Origin: an uncultured Spirochaetota bacterium
Lineage (GTDB): Bacteria > Spirochaetota > Spirochaetia > SZUA-6 > Fen-1364
Direction: 5' to 3'
NCBI GenBank assembly: GCA_963745235.1
Contig: CAVUXE010000052.1
Location: 192,001 to 256,000 of the forward strand
Length of the DNA stretch: 64,000 nt
Shown here in pieces: positions 13,000 through 23,598 of this stretch. The position numbers were made by a program, and so were the translations under genes. Position 1 is the first letter of the stretch, and every line of letters starts with the position of its first letter. The notes below the pieces were generated by a model. It was not told where the DNA came from. It did not search any database and worked only from the letters and a program-made list of their open reading frames with translations.

Positions 13000-14864
13000 G
13001 CTTTGGCGAGAAAAACCGCGCGGCGCTCCAGGTCCATCACCCGGAGGTCGCGCGCCGCCTTGCTGAAGTCCCCGAAGAGGAAGGACGCGTCCAGGTCATC
13101 CCGACCACTTCCGGCGCGCCCACGGCAAAGAGCCACGGTGTGTCCATTCACAGTCGCTATGATCCACGCGCCGAGGCTGAGCGACAGGTGGCCCGAGACG
13201 TGGATGAAAGGACTTCGGCGGTTGTCGTCCTGGGTTTCGGCCTCGGCTACGCAGCGGAGGAGGTATGGCGCAGGTTCCCCGAGCTGCCCATTCTGGTCCT
13301 GGAGCCGGATGCTACCCTGTTCGCGGCCGCGCTCCAGTCCAGAGACCTCGCCGGGCTGTTCTCCGATGAGCGCGTCTCCTTCCTGGTGGCGTCGAAGCCG
13401 GAGGAGGTCTCGGCCCTTCTGCCTGCCCTTCCCCTTGCAAGACCTGCATTCCTCCGCCTGCGGCCAGCCATCGAGAGCTATCCGGGCTGGTTTCGCGTCG
13501 CAGAGGAGGTTGTGCAGTCCTGGCTCCTGAGGCGGGAGATCAACCTCAACACGCTCAACCGCTTCGGACGGCTGTGGGTGAGAAACCTCGTCCGCAACAT
13601 GAGGTCCTTCCTCCATGCTCCGGGTATCTCGCGCCTCCAGGGCCTCTGCACCGGGCTTCCCTCCCTCGTCATCGCGGGGGGACCTTCGCTCGACCGCGTT
13701 ATTCCATACCTTTCCTCTCTGAGAGAAAGGCTCGTCATAATTTCGGTCAACACACCGCTGGCCCGCTGCGCGGAAGCAGGAGTGCAGCCGGATTTCGCCG
13801 TCGTGGTCGACCCGCAGTACTGGGCTTCACGGTTCATGGATTGGACGCAGCCGCGCCCGGGGACGGGGAACGCGGAAGAGGCGGCCCGCCTCATCGTCGC
13901 CGAGCCCTCCACGCACCCCCGCCTGCTGCGAAACTCCCTGCCCGCCTCGAAGGGGCAGGCAACGTTGTACCTTTGCAGCTCTCTGTTCCCTCTCGGCGAG
14001 ACGCTGGAAGCGGCCGTCGGACAAAAAGGCAAGCTCGGGGCGGGAGGGTCCGTGGCAACTGCCGCGTGGGACCTTGCGCGACACCTCGGCGCGAGCCCCA
14101 TCTACACGGCCGGCCTTGACCTGGGATATCCCGGCATGCGCACTCACTGCAAAGGCGTATTTACTGAAGAGCTGTGGCTCTCCGTGTGCAGCAGGCTGCG
14201 GCCGATGGAGACGAGCTCTTTCCGCTACCTGCGCGAGATAGGCCTGTTTCCGGTGCCCTCGGCCGCCGGTGGCTCGACGCAGACGGATCGACGCATGCTC
14301 CTGTACAAGTGGTGGTTTGAGAACCAGCTCACGATGCACCCCGAAGCGCAAACGTTTAGCCTTTCCCCCGACAGCGTTGCAATTCAGGGCATGCCCCTGG
14401 CACGGCTGTCAGAAGTCCTGTCCCTCCCGCCGGTGCGGCAGGAAATCGATGCGCGGATTGAACGAGAGAGGCGCGAAGCGGCGGAAGAAATGTCCACGCG
14501 CGAAGACGAGCCGGTTCTCCGACAGGCTTTGGAAGACCTGCTGCGGGGGCTTGGAGAGCTGGAGGCCCTTTCGGCACGTGCGCTGGAGGCAAATCAGGCG
14601 CTGGGCTCCGTCCTTCCCGACCGGGAAGCCGCGGCCGAGCTCCTGTCGGAGCTGGATGGCATTGATCGGCGCATCCTGGCCGTCTCGCAACGGAGCATTG
14701 CCGGCTTCCTCATGCAGTCCGACATCCACCGGATTGGCGGCCGGGGGGAGGGCAAGGTCTCGCAAAATGAGACCCTCTCTGACGGCGCCGCTTTATACCG
14801 GGGAATCATGGAATCTGCGCTGTGGCAGAAGGATATCATCCGCAAGGCGCTGACAGAGCTCTGA
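12996..14864 (+). CDS. Motility-associated factor (Maf, DUF115/MptE-like) glycosyltransferase family protein
   Basis: IHSRYDP, VLGFGLGY, IAGGPSLD, PDFAVVVDPQ, GGSVAT, GLDLGY; GTGA overlap with ftsI. Confidence 0.8.
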   Translation: MSFGEKNRAALQVHHPEVARRLAEVPEEEGRVQVIPTTSGAPTAKSHGVSIHSRYDPRAEAERQVARDVDERTSAVVVLGFGLGYAAEEVWRRFPELPILVLEPDATLFAAALQSRDLAGLFSDERVSFLVASKPEEVSALLPALPLARPAFLRLRPAIESYPGWFRVAEEVVQSWLLRREINLNTLNRFGRLWVRNLVRNMRSFLHAPGISRLQGLCTGLPSLVIAGGPSLDRVIPYLSSLRERLVIISVNTPLARCAEAGVQPDFAVVVDPQYWASRFMDWTQPRPGTGNAEEAARLIVAEPSTHPRLLRNSLPASKGQATLYLCSSLFPLGETLEAAVGQKGKLGAGGSVATAAWDLARHLGASPIYTAGLDLGYPGMRTHCKGVFTEELWLSVCSRLRPMETSSFRYLREIGLFPVPSAAGGSTQTDRRMLLYKWWFENQLTMHPEAQTFSLSPDSVAIQGMPLARLSEVLSLPPVRQEIDARIERERREAAEEMSTREDEPVLRQALEDLLRGLGELEALSARALEANQALGSVLPDREAAAELLSELDGIDRRILAVSQRSIAGFLMQSDIHRIGGRGEGKVSQNETLSDGAALYRGIMESALWQKDIIRKALTEL

Positions 14865-14932
14865 TTTCCCTAAAGGTTCCGGATGCTCCGCCGATCTTTA
14901 CAATTGAGGACAGGTTCCTCAATTTCGAAATG

Positions 14933-14971
14933 ACGGTATGCTCTTGACGTCCAGGCATACCGTTTTTTTTT
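14933..14971 (+). terminator. Rho-independent terminator after ftsI-maf
   Basis: ACGGTATGC/GCATACCGT stem followed by a T run; a second hairpin AATTGAGGA-N5-TCCTCAATT lies at 14902-14924. Confidence 0.7.
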
Positions 14972-14976
14972 GCAAC

Positions 14977-15345
14977 TCAGGCGCTTCGCAGCGCCTTCTC
15001 GATTGCGGACAGGATACGCTCCGGCTTGAAGGGCTTGACGATGAAGTCCTTCACCCCCGCCCTGATTGCCTCCACGATCAGGCTCTGCTGGCCGAGGGCC
15101 GAGCACATGATCACCTTGGCCTTCGGATTTATGGAGAAGATCTTTCGCATGGCCTCCAGGCCGTTCATGTTCGGCATCGTAATGTCGAGGAGCACGAGAT
15201 CCGGGTTCAGGCTCTGGAACTTGTCCACCGCGTCAATCCCATCCGCCGCTTCACCCACGACGGAGTATCCCCTTTCGGTGAGGATCTCCTTCTGGATCAT
15301 TCGCATGAAGCTCAGATCGTCCGCGATGAGAATGGTCGCTCCCAT
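14977..15345 (-). CDS. cheY: Chemotaxis response regulator CheY
   Basis: Single receiver domain: ADD, DITMP, CSA, KPF; follows cheA. Confidence 0.9.
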   Translation of the reverse strand: MGATILIADDLSFMRMIQKEILTERGYSVVGEAADGIDAVDKFQSLNPDLVLLDITMPNMNGLEAMRKIFSINPKAKVIMCSALGQQSLIVEAIRAGVKDFIVKPFKPERILSAIEKALRSA

Positions 15346-15356
15346 GTGCCTCCCTT

Positions 15357-17388
15357 TCAGAAATTGTCGCGTCTGATGAATGACGTGTCAAGTATAAAAA
15401 CGAGCTGGCCGTCATCCAGAACGGACACCCCCGAAAAGAGCCTGAGCGGGTTCACCAGGTCATCCACCGGCTTGATCACGATCTCTCGCTCCTCGATGAG
15501 CTCATCCACGACCAGGAAGCCCCGGCTCTCCCCGTGGCGGAGCACCGCGGCGAAATACTCCTCCCGGGGCCTTCGTTCCCGTCCAAGGAGGCCGGCAAGG
15601 CTGTACAGGCTGATCGTATCTCCCCATCCACGGAGCCGCCTCGCCCCCTTCCTCGAGCGAGATCTCCGCCGCCGGGACCTTCGCCGTGCTGTCGAGGTCC
15701 GTGAGCGGGATGGCATACATCTGCGCTTCGTCCGCCACGAGAAGCGAGTTCACGATGGTGAGTGTCAGGGGGAGCCGCAGGATGATCCGGGTCCCCTTGC
15801 CTTCCTCACTGACCAGCTCGACGTCCCCTCGCAGGTCGTTTCGGATCCTCGTGGCCACCACGTCCATGCCGACTCCGCGGCCGGACAGGTCGGTGACCAC
15901 ATCCTTTGTGCTGAATCCGGGGAGGAAAACCAGCTCGCGCACCTCTGCGTCTCCCAGGGCGGCAGCTCCCGGAATTCCGAGGCTGATTGCCTTCTGGCGT
16001 ATGCGCTCGGTGTCCAGGCCCCTCCCATCATCGGCAAGCTCGATGACAATGGTTCCGCCCTGGCGCCGGGCGCTCACGGTGATCTTTCCCCTCTCGGGTT
16101 TCCCCAGCCTGACGCGCTCTTCCGGAAACTCCAGCCCATGGTCAAGGGAGTTTCGAATCACATGGGTCAGCGGATCGGAGAGCGCTTCGATGATGCTTCT
16201 GTCGATTTCGGTGTCTTCCCCCGACAGCACGAGGTCCACGGGCTTTCCCAGCTTCCGTGAGAGGTCCCGGACCAGCCGAGGGAACTTGTTGAAGATAATG
16301 GAGATGGGGATCATGCGCGTGTCACGCATGGCCTGCTGCATGCCGCTTGAAAGCTTTTCCAGCGAGTCCGAAGACTCGACGAGCTCCTCACGGATGGACT
16401 CCGCATCCATTCCCCTCGCCACGCCGTCGGAAAGCCTGGACATGTGGGCCTTGTGGAGGACCAGCTCAGCCACAAAGCTCCACAGCTCGTCGAGCTTCCT
16501 GGTGTCGACGCGGATGGAGGTCTTCTCAGCGGGCGCGGTCCTTCCCGTCATTTCAGTGCCAGCGGGAGCGCCTGAGCCGTCCCGCGGGTTTCCCCCGGAC
16601 GGATAGTCCATCTGCTCCACGGTCACCGAAGCAATCTGGTCCACGCGGGCCGCATCCTTGAGCGTGTCTCCACCCAGTGGCGCCGTGAGGTAGAAGACCG
16701 TTCTCCCATAGAGGGAATCATCCACCGGCGCCCCGTCCATGGCGGGCACTACCTTGATGACATTCACCGCCTGCTCGAGGTTGCTGAACACCAGAAATGC
16801 GCGTACGAACTTCATGGGCTCGTCGGGAGTCACCGTGACGGTGAGGCGCACAAGTGATTCCCCGCGGTCTCGCGCTTCGGCAATCCTGCGAAGCTCCACC
16901 TCGTTGAAGGGTGTTTCCCTGTTCCCATCCGCGGTTTCACCAGCCGGAGGGGCTCCGTTCGAAGCGGGCCTTGCAACCGGCCTCCGCCGGTCTGCGATCA
17001 GCGTCGAGAGGCCCGTGACGACGTCCTCTGCCCCGGATTCGCTTTCTTTCCCGCTCTGGGAGATCTCGTTCATCAGCACCGCCGCGCGGTCCGCGCCGGC
17101 CACGAGCCTGTCCAGCACGTCCCTGCTCAGGGCCAGGTCCCCGCTTCGAATCTGCCCCAGGACGTCTTCCATCAGGTGGGCCAGGCCGGACAGCGACGTG
17201 TATCCCATGAGCGCGGCTTCCGACTTCAGGGAATGGGTCAGGCGGAAGATTTCGTTGACCAGCTCACGGCTTTCAGGCGATGCCTCCAGCGCGGAAAGAG
17301 ATTCGCCGAGCTTCTGGACAAGCTCCTCGCTTTCCTCCAGAAAGGCGCGTCGGAGCCTTCCATCATCCGGTCCTGGTGCCGCTGACAT
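15357..17388 (-). CDS. cheA: Chemotaxis histidine kinase CheA, frameshifted near 15630 in the P5 domain
   Basis: Hpt FRLTHSLK, SIRVD, DPLTHVIRNSLDHG, GFST, SGRGVGMDVV, LPLTL; C-terminus continues in ORF 15357-15716. Confidence 0.9.
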
Positions 17389-17389
17389 G

Positions 17390-17989
17390 TCACACCTGCG
17401 CGGCGCCCTGCAGATCCCTGCCGGCGCTCAGAACACGCTGCAGATCGAGAATGAGAAACAGGGTCCCATCACGCTGCGCCACGCCCCCTGTGAACTGCGC
17501 ATGCGCGCCAGGCTCCTGATTTGACTCCCGCTGGACGCTCGCTTCGTTGATGTCGACGATTTCCCGCACATCGTCAACCATCAGCCCGCAGACGCGGCTT
17601 CCCATTCTGATGATGATGATCCTGGCCCGCGATGCAACGTTCCCGGCAGTCCCGCCCGCCCCCTGCGCCGCCTGAGCATCACTGATTCCCAGACGTGCCC
17701 GCAGGCTCACGACGGGAATGACGTCCCCGCGGAGGTTGATGACGCCGGGAACGAACGGCGCGGCCTTGGGAACGCTCAAGATGCCTTGGGGCCGGATGAT
17801 CTGCATCACCTGGTCCACGGGAACGCAGTAGCGACCCGTGCCAAGGATGAACGAGACGTACCTCCTGCTGGGGCTTCCCTGGGCGCTGCTGGGGCTTCCC
17901 TGGCTGCTGGCGCTTCCCTGGGCGCTGCTGGCGCTTCCCTGGGCGCTGCTGGCGCTTCCCTGGGCGTGTGCCGCATCTTCCTTCATCAT
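17390..17989 (-). CDS. cheW: CheW with a repeat-derived N-terminal extension
   Basis: VPKAAPFVPGVINLRGDVIPVV, GLMVDDVREI. Confidence 0.9.
   Translation of the reverse strand: MMKEDAAHAQGSASSAQGSASSAQGSASSQGSPSSAQGSPSRRYVSFILGTGRYCVPVDQVMQIIRPQGILSVPKAAPFVPGVINLRGDVIPVVSLRARLGISDAQAAQGAGGTAGNVASRARIIIIRMGSRVCGLMVDDVREIVDINEASVQRESNQEPGAHAQFTGGVAQRDGTLFLILDLQRVLSAGRDLQGAAQV
17865..17966. repeat. Tandem 21-bp repeat x5 (one copy 18 bp) inside cheW
   Basis: Unit CTGCTGG(C/G)GCTTCCCTGGGCG, encodes AQGSASS. Confidence 0.95.
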
Positions 17990-18690
17990 AGCTGTTCCTC
18001 GTCCGACCGCGGCGCCGGCTGCGACATTCTCTGGCGTTCCAACGAAATGATGAGCTCGACCTCACCAAGGGGCATACCAACACGCGCCGCAATAAGCGAG
18101 GCAGAGAAGCCCGACTGGCTCAGCATCACCACCCTTTCACGCAGGTCCTGCCTGTCGGATGCCGGCACGCCTTTTCCAAGGCTTCCAGATGGTCCCGCCA
18201 CGTTGCCGCGCTGGCCCGTCTTCTCAGAGAGCTCCACGGATAACGAGGCCCGCGACCGTGCAGCCGCGGCAGGCTCGCTTTTCGGGCTATTCGCGCTTCC
18301 CTGGGCGCCGCTGGCGCTTCCCTGGGCGCCGCTGGCGCTTCCCTGGGCGCTATTTGCGCTTGCCCGGGCGGCACGTGTTCCCCCCTCGACCAACCTGCTG
18401 TAAACCTTTGCCCCCACGTCGTGCTTCTCTGTCTCCCGCTGGAGCAACGCCACTTTCCTGTCCGCGGCAGCGAGGACATCGTTGAGGCCAGTTATCCTGT
18501 CCTCCAGGAGGGCCACGTTTCGTTCCGTGGTCTGGTTCAGCTCCACGACCAGCCTGCTTACCTCGTCTCGCAGCTCTGCAATCTGCGTAGCCGCGCTCGT
18601 CGCCCGGCGAACGCGGTCACGAAGGACGGCGTAGACAAGGAGGAGCCCGCCTACGTCGATGACCAGCGTAATGAGCACGACATACCACAT
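17986..18690 (-). CDS. Hypothetical TM / coiled-coil / C-terminal HTH-like protein (DUF6115-like)
   Basis: N-terminal TM, ELNQTTERNVALLEDRI coiled coil, GFSASLIAARVGMPLGEVELI. Confidence 0.7.
   Translation of the reverse strand: MWYVVLITLVIDVGGLLLVYAVLRDRVRRATSAATQIAELRDEVSRLVVELNQTTERNVALLEDRITGLNDVLAAADRKVALLQRETEKHDVGAKVYSRLVEGGTRAARASANSAQGSASGAQGSASGAQGSANSPKSEPAAAARSRASLSVELSEKTGQRGNVAGPSGSLGKGVPASDRQDLRERVVMLSQSGFSASLIAARVGMPLGEVELIISLERQRMSQPAPRSDEEQL
18286..18369. repeat. Tandem 21-bp repeat x4 inside the hypothetical gene
   Basis: Unit GCCGCTGGCGCTTCCCTGGGC with diverged outer copies, encodes AQGSASG. Confidence 0.92.
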
Positions 18691-18695
18691 GGAGA

Positions 18696-19022
18696 TCAGC
18701 CTGTCACGTCGATGTTTCTGCCCAGCTCAGGATCCCGAAAGACCTCGGCGCGGGGAGCCGGTTTTGCCGGGGTCTTGCCCCGTTGCCCTCGCTCCCTGCG
18801 GCCGGCGGATTCCCGTCGCGCGCGATCCTTGATCTGCTCCGGCCCCTCTTCCTGGTGCTGGGTCTCGTTCACGTCGTTGTCCCGCTGCTCGGTTTTCTGC
18901 ACCAGCAGGGACCCCTGGAGGGACTGAGCCTGCGGCGGTGCATCCCGTTGGACCGCCTGCTCCTTGCCAACCTGATTCATCTGGGAAAAGAGTGTCTGGA
19001 GGTCTATCGGCAACAAGGGCAT
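18696..19022 (-). CDS. Conserved hypothetical protein
   Basis: MPLLPIDLQTLFSQ ... FRDPELGRNIDVTG, the type of small gene found after fapA. Confidence 0.7.
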   Translation of the reverse strand: MPLLPIDLQTLFSQMNQVGKEQAVQRDAPPQAQSLQGSLLVQKTEQRDNDVNETQHQEEGPEQIKDRARRESAGRRERGQRGKTPAKPAPRAEVFRDPELGRNIDVTG

Positions 19023-19023
19023 A

Positions 19024-20982
19024 TCAGTGTCTCTTCATCAGGTCTTCATCGAATATCTCGTACTTCGTGACTTTCACCTCTCCGCTCTGGAGGAAGAAAG
19101 TGACGAACTTGAACTCCGTGCGAACGGCAAGGGCCGCGTTCTTGATGGCCAGCTTGACGCCGGGGAAAACCCTTTCCGAAGCCGAGATTTTCCCGATGGT
19201 GTTGAGCGACGCAAGGTACGTGTTGATCGTGGCGATTTCCCGTGTCGTCTCGTCAAGCTGTCCAAGGAGCTGCGAGCGCTTTTCGCTCTGCTCGGTGAGA
19301 TACTGCGCCTTTTCGGGCGGCAGCTTCTTCTGCGCCTTCTGCAGGGTCTCCAGGGTTTTGATGTTGAGCTCGACTTCTTCGAGAGATTTCTCCACCTGCC
19401 GCCGCGTCTCCTCCAGGGTGACCAGCCGCTCCTTGCTGCGCGGATCATAGCCGACTTCCAGGAGAGTCTCCGTCCCGGCCACCGAGCCCAGGATCTTGGA
19501 GTTGATTTCCTCTGACGCCCGGAGGCGTCCACCGACGATCTGGGCCCGTTTCCCCTGGCAGAGGATCATCCTGTTGGCGTCCACGTAGGAATGGACGATT
19601 CCGTCAGTGACAACGACGTTCTCACCGGCATCCACGTGGGCATGCTCGATGAACTTCGAATACAGCGTCTTCCCGCAGTGCACCTTCCCCTCGGTCTTGG
19701 CGGCGATCCCCTGGTGGACCACGATGTCGCCTTCCGCGTCCAGTGTGCATTTTCCGACGCTCCCGAACACCTCGATATTGCCGGCGGCCTTCACGGAAAA
19801 GCCGTCCTCAACGTTGCCTCTCACCACCACGGTCCCCAGGAAAAGGACGTTCCCCGTGTGAAGGTCGACGTTTCCGGCAACGGTGTAGATGGGCTCGACG
19901 TTGACTCTCCCCGCGAGGAGAAGAACCTGCCCGGCGATCTCAGCCAGCGCGGAAAGGCCGTCTTCGGAGAGCCTGACGTTCTTTCCAACCACCAGGTCGC
20001 AGTCCTTTCCCTTCTGCGCGGGGATCAGTTTTCCGGTAACGGTCTGGCCGGGCTGCCCCGGCTCTGCAGGAATCTTGTTGGCAAGGACCTGCCCTGCAAT
20101 GACGTTTTCCACGCGGGAGATATCCTTGAAATCCACCCTCCCGTCCCGCTCCTTCAGCTTGACCGCGTCCCGCTGCCCCTTGAAATTGTAAACGACGTGG
20201 GCATCTGCCCCGTCACGCGCCTTTGTCCCTTCCGCCACAACCACCGGCCGCCCGTACCGGGGGGAGGACTCGAACTCCCGAAGGACCTCATCCTTCATTC
20301 CGTGAGTGACGCCCTTGCTCTCGAGGAAGCTGCGCACGTACTCCACGGAAATGTCAGCCCCACCCGGTCCGGGCTCCGTGACCACCATGACCGCCTTCAT
20401 CTCCCCGTCAGTGATGTCGATGGATGCTGTGGAGTCACGCGAAGGGTCGTAGCGGATATCGGCAACCCGGATGTACTCTCCGTCCGCGTGCTTCACCACG
20501 CGGGAGACGAGCGCCGTATCGTAGTTGGAGACGCCACGCAGGGAGAGCTTCTCGAAAGCCATGACATCCGATGGGCGGGGTCCCCTGCCTTGCGGCTTGG
20601 TGACCTTGAGAAAGGCGCCCTCGCTTCCGATGCGAACGAACACCTCGCCCGGCAGGTCGTGCGGGCGCTCGGGTTCCCGTGCCGCCTCCTCCGCCCTCCT
20701 GCGCTCCTCCGCCGCGCTCTCCGCATCAGTCTTCACCTGCCGCGATTTCTCGTAGACATGGAGCTTCCATGGCCGTGCGCCCCACTCCCATGGTCCCGCC
20801 GCTGCCCTTCTGCAGCACCTCGTATTCCAGGTTCCGCAGGGGAGTGCCAAGCTCGATGGAAGCGCGTTTCAGCCCCTCCGGGAGCTTTCAGCCTCCAGCG
20901 TGATGGTGCGGTTCTTCGCGTCCTCTTCCGCCTGTCTCCTCATGTACTCCTGGAGCTGCTCCAGGTTGATGGTGCCTGCCAT
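19024..20982 (-). CDS. fapA: FapA family (DUF342) protein, frameshifted near 20850-20890
   Basis: DGRVDFK, GNVDLHTGNV, GNVEDGFSVKAAGNI, IVGG; 5' part MAGTINLEQLQEYM is in another frame. Confidence 0.8.
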
Positions 20983-20990
20983 GCTCTTTC

Positions 20991-21800
20991 CTAGACGAGC
21001 CCCCGCTTGAAGCTGGTGAGCTTGGCGCGCAGACGCATGACCGCCTTCGTATGCAGCTGCGAGACCCTGCTTTCCGTCACTGCGAGCACTTCCCCGATCT
21101 CCTTAAGGGTCAGATCTTCATAATAGTAGAGCACGAGGACCTTCTTTTCCTTGTCCGGCAGCTCTTTGATCGCGTCCACGATGACGCGCTTGATCTCCTC
21201 TTTTTCCACGATCGTGTCCGGGTTGAGGCTGCCCGGGCTTTCGATGCTTTCCGCGATGGAGATCTTGTCGTTGTCTTCCCCCGTGTACCAGATGTCGTGA
21301 AGGGACAACATGGAGGTGCCGCTGATCTTGAGCATCATCTGCTGGAAGTCCTTGAGATCCATTTCCATGCCGGAAGCGATCTCCTCGTCAGAGGCGGCCC
21401 GTCCGAGCGAAGACTCCAGACGCCGCACGGTTTCCTCCACCTCGCGCGCTTTCTGCCGCACCGAACGGGGCACCCAGTCGATGGTGCGAAGCTCGTCGAA
21501 AATCGCTCCGCGGATCCGTGTGACCGCGTACGTCTTGAACTTCACGTGCTTGCCGGGATCGAACTTGTCGATCGCATCGAACAGGCCGAAGACGCCGAAG
21601 CCGACCAGATCGTCGAACTCCACGTTCTGGGGCATGCCCAGGGCGATCTTTCCCGCCACGTACTTCACGAGGGGCGCGTACTGCCTCACGAAGAAGTCCC
21701 GCAGCTTCTGGTCCTTCGTTCGGCGGTAGAGCTTCCAGAGATCTTCCTCGGACTTTCCATCCCAGCGGCTGTCAGCCATGCTTGCTCTATCCCTTTTCAT
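20991..21800 (-). CDS. fliA: Flagellar sigma factor sigma28 (WhiG/FliA)
   Basis: [45 protein letters not shown]. Confidence 0.93.
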   Translation of the reverse strand: MKRDRASMADSRWDGKSEEDLWKLYRRTKDQKLRDFFVRQYAPLVKYVAGKIALGMPQNVEFDDLVGFGVFGLFDAIDKFDPGKHVKFKTYAVTRIRGAIFDELRTIDWVPRSVRQKAREVEETVRRLESSLGRAASDEEIASGMEMDLKDFQQMMLKISGTSMLSLHDIWYTGEDNDKISIAESIESPGSLNPDTIVEKEEIKRVIVDAIKELPDKEKKVLVLYYYEDLTLKEIGEVLAVTESRVSQLHTKAVMRLRAKLTSFKRGLV

Positions 21801-22608
21801 CCCGTTTCAAGACTGTGCGGATAGCCCGCGCCAGTGTCGCAGGATCCTGGCTGCCGAGGGCTCCTTTCATTTCATCCTCCGGAGTTGCCGAAAGGTCCCC
21901 GCCCCTCGGGGAGCGGCGTGGGGGAGCTGCCCGCGCACCGGGAGAAACGCCCCCGAGGGACGAGATGTCAGGAAGCCGGCCCAGGTCCGAATCCGTCTCC
22001 GGCGCTTCGTCGACCTCCGGTTCGCTTTCGCCGGACCCCTCATCTCCGACGCTTTCGGCCTCTTCAACCGAATCCGCTCCGGCGTCCTGCTCGTCAGCGG
22101 CTGGTGCAACGGCGCCCGCGTCTGTGAGCGGCGGAAGCACGTCGTCAAGCTCGTCTCCCAGAACGTCGCCCGGGGAGCCGCCTCCGCCCTCACCCATGTC
22201 CATTGCCGAAGTCTCCTCCGGGACCGTTGCTTCCTCTTGCACGGAGGAAAAGTCCGCAGCATCCGACTCCTGCGGCGTCTCCGGCCGAACAGGACGAGAG
22301 CCTGAAGCGCGCGCGTATGCCCCCGCGCGAACCGCCGCGGACGGGCTCTCTTCCGGCAACGTGATATCTATGGTCTGGCCGCTTGTTCCCTCTTTGGGTG
22401 CCCCACCGACCAGCTCGGGCAGGTATTTCGCGAGGATATACCGGGCAGCGGCTCCAAGACACGCGAAGAGAATTGCAAGAAGAAAAGCTCTTGCCAGCGC
22501 CGCTCCGAAGGGGTTGCGGCTGACAAGACCCACCAGCAGGGAAAGGCAGAAGGCGCCGGCCGCAGCAAATCCGGCCATCTTCCCGTACTCCCTCACGATG
22601 TCCTTCAC
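21787..22608 (-). CDS. Hypothetical protein with 2 TM segments and an acidic linker; GTG start at 22608
   Basis: Two N-terminal TM segments, acidic region, C-terminal [13 protein letters not shown]. Confidence 0.65.
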   Translation of the reverse strand: MKDIVREYGKMAGFAAAGAFCLSLLVGLVSRNPFGAALARAFLLAILFACLGAAARYILAKYLPELVGGAPKEGTSGQTIDITLPEESPSAAVRAGAYARASGSRPVRPETPQESDAADFSSVQEEATVPEETSAMDMGEGGGGSPGDVLGDELDDVLPPLTDAGAVAPAADEQDAGADSVEEAESVGDEGSGESEPEVDEAPETDSDLGRLPDISSLGGVSPGARAAPPRRSPRGGDLSATPEDEMKGALGSQDPATLARAIRTVLKRDEKG

Positions 22609-22627
22609 CGGACCGATCCCCCTTCCT

Positions 22628-22656
22628 ACAGTAGGGGAAACAGGGCTCAGAGTCAA
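22628..22656 (-). promoter_or_regulatory. Sigma70-like internal promoter upstream of the hyp-fliA-fapA-che genes
   Basis: TTGACT-17-TACTGT followed by AGGAAGGGG. Confidence 0.55.
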
Positions 22657-22677
22657 CAAACCCGCGACGCGCTCCCC

Positions 22678-23595
22678 CTATTTCCCGCTTCCGAAGAGCT
22701 TTTTCAGGAACACCGGGATGCCTTTCCCGTCCCGATAATCGAAATGCTCCAGCCTGCCCAGCAGATGCCGGATGCAGACTGACGCCTTTGCCTTGGGATC
22801 GAAGATCAGGAACGGCTTCTGCCGCACCACGGCGCTGTGGACAACGGGGTCGTCGTACACGAACCCCAGGTAATCCACCTTGAGATTCAGAAATTGACCG
22901 GCAATGTTGATGACCCGCTCCGCTACCTTCTTGCCCTCCACGACAGACCGCACCCTGTTGACCACGAGCTTCAACCCGAGATCCAGGTTCTCTATTTCCG
23001 TGGCGATGATCTTGATGATGCCGTACGCGTCCGTGATTGCGGTGGGCTCAGGTGTCGTGACAATGAGAGCGTCGTCCGCGGCGGCGATGAAGGAAATGAC
23101 GTTGTTCGACACTCCTGCCGCGCAATCAATGATCAGCACGTCCGCGTTGGAAAGCGCTGCAAGCTCTGCGATGAACTCGCGCCGCTCCTCCTCGGTGAGA
23201 TTTGCGATCTTGGAGAACCCCGAGGCCCCCGCTATGATCTTGATCCCGTAGCTGGTCTCCACCAGGATCTCGGAGAGCGTCTTCTGCTTGCGAATGAGAT
23301 GGTACAGGTTGTAGCGGGGGATGACGCCCAGCACAACGTTCACGTTCGCCAGCCCCAGGTCAGCGTCCATAACGATGACCTTCTTCCCGGCCTGCGCGTA
23401 GGCGAGGGCGAGGTTGATGGCGATGTTCGTCTTGCCGACGCCGCCCTTGCCGCTCGACACGGCAATGATGCGGGTGGCCTTCCTGGCCTCGGGTCCGGCG
23501 GACCCACCCGCCGCCCTTTCCTTTCGCGCGGAAGGGGTCCCCGCCGCGCTGCCCGCGCTGACGAGCTCTCTCAGCTTTTGCGCCTGGTCTGCCAT
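22678..23595 (-). CDS. flhG: FlhG (MinD-like ATPase)
   Basis: SGKGGVGKT, DADLGLAN, TTPEPTAITDAY; follows flhF. Confidence 0.93.
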   Translation of the reverse strand: MADQAQKLRELVSAGSAAGTPSARKERAAGGSAGPEARKATRIIAVSSGKGGVGKTNIAINLALAYAQAGKKVIVMDADLGLANVNVVLGVIPRYNLYHLIRKQKTLSEILVETSYGIKIIAGASGFSKIANLTEEERREFIAELAALSNADVLIIDCAAGVSNNVISFIAAADDALIVTTPEPTAITDAYGIIKIIATEIENLDLGLKLVVNRVRSVVEGKKVAERVINIAGQFLNLKVDYLGFVYDDPVVHSAVVRQKPFLIFDPKAKASVCIRHLLGRLEHFDYRDGKGIPVFLKKLFGSGK

Positions 23596-23598
23596 GTC

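Noticed and set aside
17865-18369. Repeat arrays as a possible CRISPR locus
   Set aside because: Spacers are only a few bp and nearly constant, the arrays lie inside ORFs, and no cas genes are present
20762-20773. GCTTCCATGGC in fapA resembling the hairpin core
   Set aside because: Single copy with a poor stem, explained by the coding sequence (PWKL)
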